DNA of 64,000 nucleotides from NCBI RefSeq assembly GCF_004010195.1, contig NC_057718.1:14394588-14458587 (forward strand), in the 5' to 3' direction. Shown one piece after another: positions 39,252 through 49,229 of this stretch. Made by a program: the position numbers and the translations under genes. Position 1 is the stretch's first letter; the number at the start of each line of letters is the position of its first letter. The stretch comes from Chiloscyllium plagiosum. Its lineage: Eukaryota. The notes below the pieces were generated by a model that had not been told where the DNA came from, did no database searches, and worked only from the letters and a program-made list of their open reading frames with translations.

Positions 39252-40964
39252 TTTGATGCTGAAGTGTGGGTTAAGTTGAGTCTTTCCCTCTGAGTGTGGT
39301 AGGCGGTGAGAATTTTCCTGGTATCACTGAAACAACCTTCCATTGTTTTCTCATCCTTTTCTTGCTTTCCATAAGCCAACCGCTGGTCCAGTGTAAGGTA
39401 AGCTTGGCAAAGCCTCTCCTTGAGGTGCACGGGACTCCCTGCCACCCTACATCGCTATGCTTCAGACAGAATGCTGGCAAGGTCCAGTTTGGAGGTGCTT
39501 TGTTACAGCCACATTCAAACAGTCCCTGAGCCCAAGTATTATTCTGTTAAGAGGTTTTAATTCCCTCTGGCCACGCTTCTGTGAGCGGCAAAGTTCCTTT
39601 CCACGCGGAGTTTGGAATTTCATTGGAATTTGATACCTTCACCTGATGAAATTAAACACTGCGAACGCTGGAAATAGTGTCAGAAAATGCTGGAAAAAGC
39701 TCATTGGCAATGGAGTGGAGGTGGGGAGGCAGCCTCTGTGAAGGGAGAAATAGAGCTCTCGGGTCAATGCTGGGTTGAATGTTCCTCCCTCCATTCTTGT
39801 TATAGCTCCCCTATCTCGGGGTCAATGGCCACAGCTGTGAGCCTGAAGGGGGTTTGCTTCACCTCTCTACAGTGACCACATTGTCAATTGCAATACCAGT
39901 TTCAGTATCACACTCAGTGTATCTCCCATCTTGAGGCATCTACAGTGGCTCCCATCTTTGCCTGAGAGGCTATCGGCTGCTATCCTGGGCCACGGGAAGG
40001 GGTGTCTCAATACACTCAGGCCTGACTCAGAACTGAGGCCACAGTCAGCAACTCCTGGGGAAATTCCAATCCCACATTCCTTTCACCTCTCCCTCCTCAG
40101 CTGCTGCCAGACCTGCTGAGTTCTTCCAGCATTTTCTGTTTTGAAATGAAACTCAAATGGGTTTTCACATCGTGCATTTGAACCCAGGGTCATCTATTCT
40201 GCCCCTTACCCACCTCCACCCCAACCCCTCCCCGACCGTACACATCCGCAATGATGCATGATGAGGCTTGCATGGGCTGCAGCTGGATTTTGTTTCTCTG
40301 GACTCAGAGGTACAATGGCTTCTCGTTTAGGAGCTGCGAACTTGTTAGAAGGCAGGGAGTGTGGACTTAACATGCTCAAGGAAGAAATAGAGACATTAGC
40401 AGCGCAGGGGTGTGAGGGGGTTCAGCAGCCCTCGATGCTAATAGACCGAGGCTGGCTAGCGAGCTCCAGGACAGTTCTTCAGTTCGCTGTATGTCTGGAG
40501 TGAATGCTGTGTGCGATATCCCCTCAAGTTCACATTCGGTTCATGTCACTAATGGCAGGGACCATCCTGATTGAAAAGGCTCTGTTCTGAGGTAGCCAGG
40601 GGACCAACACCTTCAGTAAGTGCATGTGGAATGTTGTGTATCCTCATCCTCAGGCCGTGAGACCAATTGAACGCTATGTTCACGGCCCCTTTGCAGCATC
40701 ACCATTGATTCTTGCAGGTGATGAAGGCAGAAACTGAGGCATCAATCCATGGAGCAAAGGCAATGTCTAGCTTTTGGCATCATTACATCAGGCTGCATAT
40801 CGACACCCTTTGTCTTTTATGTTTGCATGATGTTGGTGAACATGATCTTTACACCGAAACCTATGTAAAAAGGTAGCAGTGTTGACCAAAACCGTGTTAT
40901 AGGGTATTTGGTACCACCTGACAGACCTCACTTTACCAGTTTCTCTCTCTCTGCCATTTTTCAG

Positions 40965-41161
40965 GTTCCCAGAGGCGGAGAGTGCTCCCAAGCCTGTCCC
41001 CTGATGCAGCATCTCCGGCCCGAAAACCGGTCAACAGCTCCGGGGTCCGCTGGATTGACCTTCGACCTGTGCAGAGGGGCCTGGCTGAACCGTTTGAGAT
41101 CAAGGTCTACGAGATTGATGATGTGGAACGACTACAGAGGAGGCGGGCAGCAGACAGCAAG
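40965..41161 (+). CDS. KIF26B: KIF26B exon
   Basis: Long pyrimidine tract with tttcag|GT acceptor. Encodes (G)[51 protein letters not shown]. Phase 1 in and phase 0 out at AAG|gttcat (weak donor). Confidence 0.9.
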
Positions 41162-41499
41162 GTTCATTGTTTCTCTCAAGATAGCCTGATGCATCATCCC
41201 TATAATAGCTCCAATACCACACCCCTCTGTGATATTCAAATTCTCCAATGTTTGCTTCTGCAATTAAAAACATACGACCTCAGTCCTAACCTCCAATTTT
41301 CAGGGCAATTTCTAAATAACTTTTAGAAATTATTCAATCACAGGACATGTGCATCGCTGGCTGGGCCAGCTTTTCTTGCCCACCCCTAGTTGCCCTTGGG
41401 AAGGTGGTGGTGAGCTGCTTTCTTGAACCGCTGCAGTCCTTTACGGAGGCAGTTCCACGATTTTGACCCAGTGAGACTGAAGGAACAGCGATAATTTTC

Positions 41500-42225
41500 C
41501 AAGTCCTTAAGAGATTATCCACTCTGGTGGCAAAAAAACAGAAAGATAGATTGGGAAAGGGAGAGGTGCAATGAGACCTGGGTGCCCTTGGGCACCAGTC
41601 ATTGAAGGTAAGCCTGCAGGTACAGCAGGCAGTAATGAAGGAGGATGAAACATTGGCCCTCATCGTGAGAGGTTTCGAGTACAGGAGCTGCAAATATACA
41701 GGGCCTTGGTGAAGCTACATCTGGAGTGTTGTGTGCAGTTTTGGTCTCCTTTATCTAAAGAAGGATGTGTTGGCTATTGCGGGAGTGCAAAGAAAGTTTC
41801 CCAGACTGAATCCTGGGATGGCAGGTAGAGACTGGATCGCTTAGGACTATCTCACTGGAGTTTAGAAGAATGAGGGGAATCTCATAGAAAGCTGTAAAAT
41901 TCTAACAGGATTAGACTGGGTAGATGCAGTAAGGACGTTCTCAATGACTGGGGTGGCCAGAACCAGAGATCAGAGTCTAAGGATAAGAGGTGGGCCTTTT
42001 AGGATAGAGATGAAAACTTTCTTCACCCAGACAGTGGTGGAGCCTGTGGAATTCTCTGCTGGTGAGGCCAAAACATTTAAGACTTTCAAGAAAGATGTAG
42101 ATGTAGTTCTTAGGGCTAAAAGGATCAAAGGGCATGAGGAAAAAGCAGGGGCTGAGTTGGATAATTAATCATGACCATCTTGAATGGCAGAGCAGACGCA
42201 AAGGGCCGAATGGCCTACTCCTTCT
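41500..42225 (+). mobile_element. CR1-like LINE 3' fragment (another subfamily)
   Basis: gtgtgcagttttggtctcc..ttcttcacccag..gggccgaatggcctactcct. Confidence 0.8.
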
Positions 42226-42656
42226 CAGTCAGGAAGGTGAGAGTGGCTTGAAAGTGAACTTGAAATGGTGGAATTCCCATGTATCTGCTGTCTTTGTTCT
42301 TGTCCTTATGGTAGTGGTCATGAGTTTGAAAGGTGTTGTCCAAGGAGCTTCAAAGAGTTGTTGCAATGAATCTTGTAGATGGCACACACTGCTGCTGCTG
42401 TAGTGGAGGGACTGGATGTTTGTCAGTGTGGTGCCTGTCAATAAGGTTGCTCCGTCCTGGATGGTGTCAATCTTCTTGAGTGTTGTTGGAGCTGCACCCA
42501 TCCAGGCAAGTTTTTTTTTAAATTTGCTCATGTGATAAGGATGTCACTGGCTAGGCCATCCCTAAATACCCAGAGGGCAGTTAAGAGTCAACCATGTTGC
42601 CATTCTTCAATCTCTTACCTTTTTATCTTTCCAACTTTTCTTGTTCATCTTTATTT

Positions 42657-43002
42657 TCATAGAATCCCTACAGTTTGAAGCAGGTCATTCAACCCATTGA
42701 GTCCACACCATCCTTTCGAGGAGACCCCCCCCCCCCCAACTCTAACCCCATACACTGTATTTCCCATGGCTAGCCCACCTAGCCTACACATCCTTAGACA
42801 CTGTGCACAATTTAGCATGGCCAGTCCACCTAATCTGCATGACTGTGGACTATGGGAGGAAACCAGAGCACCCAGAGGAAACACACACAGACACTGGGAG
42901 AATGTGCAAACTCCACACAGACATTCAGGTGAGGGTGGAATTGAACTGGTTCCCTGGCGCTGTGAGGCAGCAGTGCTAACCACTGAGCCACTGTACCACC
43001 CA
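42657..43002 (-). mobile_element. HE1-like SINE
   Basis: Same consensus as the other HE1-like copies. Confidence 0.85.
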
Positions 43003-43951
43003 ATGCTACAGTACGTGAACCCTTCCCATCCTCTACTCAACTCTTTACTCCCCACAACAAGCTCCCTCAGGACAATGTTCAGAATGTGGAATATGCTCAA
43101 GGTCATGATGGGGTTTTCTGCTTGGGTTGAATTCAAGAAATTGAGGGAGAGCATTTGGCTGCAAGCCACTTTGTGTCATAGTGTAGTGTTCATCCCATTG
43201 AGTTCATGCCAGTTCCCAATTGAGCAATCCAGTCTGACAGTCCCATTTCCCAATTCTACCCCAGTAACCCTGTTTATTTCCCTCAAGTGCCCATCAAATT
43301 TCATTTTGAAATCCTTCATCATCTTTGCTTCCACTACTCTTTTGCTGGTAAGTTCCAGTTTATTTAAGATTTTAAAAAAACCTTACCTCACATACTTCCT
43401 TGCATCTACCTTTTCCTTGCGGAACACCTGTACCTCCTTAGTCCCTGTCTGATTGTCTACTTTTCTCCCATCCTCAATTGCAAGTTGAACCATGGGCTTC
43501 CATTGGCTTGATCTCTACTAATGGGCTAAGTACTCAGTGGCTCACTCTGGCCTTCTGCAAGATGGCTGACCAGGAAAGTCTCCAGCTCTTACTGCCTGCC
43601 ATCAGGTATACTGGAAGACTTTATAGGCTGACAGTTTGGCCACTTTATGAACACACCTTTCATGTCCTGGTGTGGGATTTGAACCTGGAGCTACTAGTCC
43701 AGAGTTAGCAATCTACCAACTGTGCCACAAGCCCTGCTCCCATCACTACCATCAGCTAACAGGAACAACCTTCCTTTGTCTATCTTATCTAAACCCCTGT
43801 TGTAAACTTGCACACCTCTTTGTCTTCCGTAAATTGTAACCCACACGCTAGCTAACTTCGCTCTTGGCTGCACGAGCCCACATTCTACTCCTGGCTGCAA
43901 GTGAAGGAATTCAACGTAAAAAAAAAAAACTATTGATATTCTTAATTCTAG

Positions 43952-44108
43952 TTGCGGGGATTTGTATGCTTCAACACAAAACTGAAGATATTGGAGCATC
44001 GACAGCAGAGGATCTCGGAGGTCAAAACCAAATATGACATACTGAAGAAGGAGCTGGAAGCCACTAAACAGCGCCTGATGCTGGATCCGAGCAAATGGCT
44101 CAGTGAGT
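43952..44108 (+). CDS. KIF26B: KIF26B penultimate exon (C-terminal coiled coil)
   Basis: Acceptor ttctag|TTG, donor GAGT|gtaagt. Encodes [52 protein letters not shown]. Confidence 0.92.
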
Positions 44109-45637
44109 GTAAGTATTGCACTGAGCTTCCAGTCTCAACCATGTTCCTGCAGGATTGAGAAACCTGGAAAGAACACATTCCCAAGGCATGATCCCTTGGT
44201 CAAGGAAGCGCAGTGATATTTCTCTGAGGAGAGGAGGAGCGAGATGCACATGTCCTGACACACAAGCAGATAGCTTGGCTTTAGTTTTAACCAGACAGAA
44301 TGTCACCAGAAGAGAAGAGAGCATGATGCGTTTAAAAAATAAGGTCCTTTTACAGTGGCAGTGAAGAAACGGCAATACATTTCCAAGCAAGGATGGTGAG
44401 AGGCTAGGAGCAGGCCTGTCAGGAGGTGGTGCTTGCGCGGCCCCCTGTCCCTATAGGTGGTAAAGGTCAGGGGTTTGGAAAGACATTGGGTGGTTTGCTG
44501 CATTGAGGTTTGTAGATGGTGCACACTATAGGCCACCATACACCAGTGTTGGAGCTATGAATAACATCGACTATATTGTTGTACACAACTGGGGCATTGA
44601 ACCTGGGACAGTCCTGTTTGATGTGTTCTAGATGCTGTAGGAAGAATAGAAAGGGAGACGAGAGAGAAGAGGGAGCAGCATTTTTGATTAAGGAAAACAC
44701 TTCTGCTTTAATTAGAAAGGGAATTTCTGAGGGATTGTCCAGTGAAACGATATGGGTAGAAGTTAGAGATAAGAAAGGAATGATCACTCTGATGGGATTG
44801 TACTGTAGGCCCCTCAACAGTCAGAGGGAAATTGAAGAGCAAATACGTGGAGAGATTCTAGAAATATGTAAGAATAATAGGGTTGTTATGATAGGGGATT
44901 TTAAATTTCCAAACATTGACTGGGACTGGCATAGTGTTAAAGGCTTGGATGGTGAGGAATTTGTTAAATGTGTTCAAGAAAGCTTGCTTTATCAATTTGT
45001 AAGTGTACCTTATTGAGAAGGAGCAATACTTGACCTTCTCTTTGGAAAGTGACTGAAGTGTTAGTTGGGGGACACTTTAGGACGAGTGATCATAATTCTG
45101 TTAGTTTTAAAGTAGTTTTGGAAGGGGATAAGCCTTCTATAAAACTTAAAGTTCTTAAGTGGAGTAAGGCAAATTTTAATGGGATGAGACAGGAACTTTC
45201 AAAGTTGATTGGAGTAGACTGTTCTCAGGTAAAGAGACGACTGACAAGGGGGAGACTTTCAAAAGTGTGCTAATGAGAGTTCAGAGGCAGTATGTCCCTG
45301 TTAGAGTGAAGGGTAAGGCTGGTAAGGGTAAGGCTGGTAAGGGTAAGGAATAAAGATATTGAAGTTCTAGTCAAGAATAAGAAAAAGTCATATATTAGGC
45401 ATAGACAACTGAGATTAAATGAATTTTTTGAAAAGTATGAAGAGTATAGGGGCATTCCTAAGATGGAAATCAGGAGGGCAAAGAAGGGATTTACAATATC
45501 CTTGTCAAATAAGGTTATGGATAATCCAAAGAGATTTTACAAGTACATTCAGAGCAACTAGAGAGAGGATAGGGCCCCTTTAAGATCAATGAGGTTGTCT
45601 ATTTATTGAACCTCACAAGATGTGAGAGGTACTAAGT

Positions 45638-46091
45638 CAGAGATGGGAAACCTTTTCATGTTGGAAGGCCACATTATGTTAGTTGTAATCTAATAAGGCC
45701 ACATCCAAGAAACTTCAATTATATATTCTTCAAAATTCACGTTATTTTGTAAAAATCTAACTACTGTGTACTAACTAACCAAAAAAAAGAAAAAAATGTT
45801 AATTCTAAAGTTAACTAACCTTTTAATGACTTTGTTGTGACTGCTTTTTGTAGGAAAGCATTTGAATATTTGGTTGCAGCGTGGAGGTCTGCAGTTTTAG
45901 CTGATTCTCGAGATGGATACCCGTCATTTGTGACCTTAAGGCCGTCTTGATTTTGGTTAAGTAGGAGAATGTAGATTCGCAGCAATAAGTGGTTGAAAAG
46001 CAAGAAAGCATTTTTCGTGCATGGTGCAAAATTTGGATTCATTCAAAAGGCCACAGACAGTGGCCTGGAAGGCCGCAGGTTCCCACTCCTG
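45638..46091 (-). mobile_element. Internally deleted hAT (Charlie/Buster-type) DNA transposon
   Basis: Imperfect TIRs CAGAGATGGGAAACCT and AGGTTCCCACTCCTG, with 8-bp flanks TACTAAGT and TACCAAAT. Minus ORF FSTTYCCESTFS..KTALRSQMT..HLENQL..KKQSQQSH resembles the hAT C-terminal dimerisation region. Confidence 0.88.
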
Positions 46092-46617
46092 TACCAAATC
46101 AATCATTTGCGTCACTTTTTAATGTGGAGAAAGAAACAGAGGCTAGAGAACTTAGAGACATAAATATTGATGTTTAGAAAACAGTTCACATTACAGAAGA
46201 GGTAGTTCTGGAGGTCTTAGAAAACATAACGTGGATAAATCTCCAGGATCTGATCAAGTGTATCCTAGGACATTGTGGGAAGTTAGGGAAGAAATTGCAG
46301 GGTCACTAGTAGAAATATTTATATCATATATAAATTAAGATGAGATGCAAGAGGAGTGGTGAGGAGGTAATGTTGTGCCTTTCTTTAAGAAAGGCTGTAA
46401 GGAGAAGCCAGGGAACTATAAACCTATGAGTCTGACGTCACTAGTGGGTAAGTTGTTGGAGGAGATTCTAAAAGATAGGATTTACTTACATTAGGAGAGG
46501 CAAGGAATGTTTAGAGATAGTCAGCATGGCTTTGTGCGAGGGAGATTGTGTCTGACAAACTTGATTGAGTTTTTTGAGGAAGTAACCAAAAGGATTGATG
46601 GCAGACTGTTAGACATT

Positions 46618-46870
46618 GTTTACATGAAGTTGAGAGTGTGGTGCTGAAAAAGCACAGAAGGTCAGGCAGCATCCGAGGAGCAGGAGAATCGATGTTTTTG
46701 GGCATAAGCCCTTCATCAGGAAATGTTGCTGATGAAGTGTCACTTATGCCTGAAACGTTGATTCTCCTGCTCCTCGGATGCTGCCTGACCTGCTGTGCTT
46801 TTTCAGCACCACACTCTTGACTCTAATCTCCAGCAATGCCGTCCTCACTTTCTACTATGTCGTTTACATG
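46618..46870. mobile_element. Head-to-head fold-back Penelope-like pLTR insertion in CR1
   Basis: GTTTACATG occurs at 46618-46626 and 46862-46870. The arms meet at cttcatcag-gaaatgttg-ctgatgaag. Confidence 0.85.
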
Positions 46871-47141
46871 GACTTAAGCAAAGCCTAATTAGTAAAGTTA
46901 GATCATGTGGGATTCAGGGTAAGCTTGCCAACTGGATACAAAATTGGCTTGATGATAGAGACAGAGGCTGGTGATGATGGAAGGTTGTATTTCAGACTGG
47001 AGGCCTGTGACCAGCGGTGTTCCACGGGAATTGGTACTGGGTCCTCTTTTGTTTCTCATTTATATAAACGAGGTGGATGAGAATATAGGAGGCATGTTTA
47101 GTAAGCTTGCGGATGACACCAACATTGGTGGTAAAGTAGAC

Positions 47142-47346
47142 AGTGAAGAAGATTAGGCAGCATCCGAGGAGCAGAAAAATCAACATTTCGGGCCAGAACC
47201 CTTCATCAGGAAAAGGGCTCTGGCCTGAAACGTCGATTCTCCTGCTCCTCGGATGCTGCCTGACGTGCTGTGCTTTTCCAGCACCCCAATCTCAACTCTG
47301 ATCTCCAGCATCTGCAGACCTCACTGTCTCCTAGTGAAGAAGATTA
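47142..47346. mobile_element. Fold-back Penelope-like pLTR insertion in CR1, 14-bp TSD
   Basis: AGTGAAGAAGATTA occurs at 47142-47155 and 47333-47346. Confidence 0.88.
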
Positions 47347-48691
47347 TCTAAGAGTACAAGGAGATCTTCATCAATTGGGTCCATGGGCTAAGGAGTGGCA
47401 AATAGAGTTTGATTTGTGTAAATGTGAGGTATTGCATTTGGTAAAACAAACAAGAGCAGGACTTATACAATTAATTGTCGGACCCTGGCTGTGCTGCAGG
47501 ACAGAGAGACCTCGGGGTTTAGGTATTTAATTCTTTTAAATTTGTGTCACATGTAGACGAGTGGTTAAGAAGGCATTTTGCATACTTCTCTTCATTGATC
47601 AGACCTTCAGATATAGGAGTTGGGAAGTTGTAGACGTTGTGCGGGACATTGATAAGGCCTCTTCTGGAATATTGTGTCCAGTTCTGGTCACCCAGTTATA
47701 GGAAAGATATTATTAAGAGGAGAGGGTTCAGAAAAGACTTACCAGGATGTTGGCAGGAATGGAGGGTTTGAGTTTCAAAAATAGATTGGGCAGGCTGGGA
47801 CGTTTTTCACTGGAACAGAGGAGGTTGAGGAATGACCTTATAGAGGTTTATAAAATCATGAGGGACATAGGTCAGGTGAATAGCAAGGGTCTTTTCCCTA
47901 GGACAGAAAGGTTCAAAACGAAGCGGCATACTTTGAAGGTGACAGGAGAAAGATTTAAAAAGGACATGAGGGACAATGTTTTTACACAGTGTGGTTCGTG
48001 TGTGGAATGAGCTGCTAGAGGTGGATGCAGGTACAGTTACAATGTTTAAAAGACATTTGGATAAGTACGTGAATAGGAAAGGTTTGGAGGGATATGGGCC
48101 AGGAGCAGGCAGGTGGGACTACTTTAGTTTGGGAACATGGTGGGTGTGGACTAGTTTTCCAAAGGGTTTGTCTCTGTGCTGTAAGACTCTATAACATAAC
48201 AAACATATAATGTAGATATTGACAACTTGCAAACAGGCCATTCGGCCTCACCAATCCATGTCAGCATTTAGCTTCCCAAAGCACAATTCTCAACTTAAAC
48301 TGTCAACATACTTGTTTCCTCAGCCATTAACTGCAAATGTCTGTAAAATCCACTGGTAAATTGAGGTTATCATGAAGATCCCACCTTCTCAACTTCTCCC
48401 CTTATCTGAGGTATGGTGACCCTCAGGTTAAACGCACACCAGTTGTTTCTCTGGGAACTGTGGCAACTTTACATAATCTAATGGGGTTCCCAGTCAATTT
48501 GGACGTGTTTATTAATGTAATACAGAAGGGTCCAGAGGGACATTACTTTTCACACACAGGATGGTGAGTGTCTGGAACAAGCTGCCAGATGTAGTGGTGG
48601 AAGCGAGTACAATTTTGTCATTTAAGAAACATTTGGACAAGTACAAGGATGGGAGAAGAATGGAGGGATATGGACCAAACGCAGGCGAATG

Positions 48692-48897
48692 AATTGTGAA
48701 ATAAAAACCAAAAGAGCTGCGGATGCTGTAAATCAGAAATAAAAACAGAAGTTGCTGGTAAAGCTCAGCAGGTCTGGCAGCATGTCTGAAGAGACATCAA
48801 GAGTTAACGTTTCGGATCCAGTGACCCTTCCTCAGAACACGTTAACTTTGATTTCCCTTCACAGATGCGATCAGACCTTCTAAGATTAATTGTGAAA
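48692..48897 (-). mobile_element. Penelope-like pLTR of a divergent subfamily in a CR1 3' end, hammerhead motif at 48803-48835
   Basis: TSD AATTGTGAAA at 48692-48701 and 48888-48897. The minus strand reads gtt-ctgagga-a-gggtc-actg-gatcc-gaaacgtt-aac. Confidence 0.8.
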
Positions 48898-49080
48898 ACT
48901 GGGCAGCACGGACAAGTCAGGCCAAAGGACCTGTTTCCATGCTGTAAACCTCAATGACTCTATAACTGATAACACAGGGAAAACGGCAGAATGTATGACG
49001 CAGTCAGGCAATGTTCTTAACCCGTCTGACCCCAATTAAATGTTCTGCTCTGAATGTCTTGTCTTGATCTCTTTCCACAG

Positions 49081-49229
49081 TCGATCTGGATCAAGGTTTC
49101 GAGGTTGACTCGCTGGAATATCTGGAAGCTCTAGAGTGTATTACCGAGCGGCTGGAACACCGGGTCAACTTCTGCAAAGCCCACCTCATGATGATCACAT
49201 GCTTCGACATCGCCTGTGGGAGGCGCTAG
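49081..49229 (+). CDS. KIF26B: KIF26B last coding exon
   Basis: Acceptor ttccacag|TC. Encodes (F)[48 protein letters not shown], with TAG at 49227-49229. Confidence 0.95.

Larger units (their letters stand above)
44570..48195 (+). mobile_element. CR1-like LINE with near-full ORF2 (APE endonuclease to 3' tail) and three nested insertions
   Basis: Encodes ETIWVE..GLYCRP..GDFKFPNIDW (endonuclease), SDHNSV, and SGVP..LGPLLFLIYIN..LADDT (RT). Tail at ~48190. Confidence 0.92.

Noticed and set aside
42697..43452. 251-aa ORF (and the 192-aa ORF at 55780)
   Set aside because: Antisense read-through of HE1-like SINE sequence with no recognisable domain.
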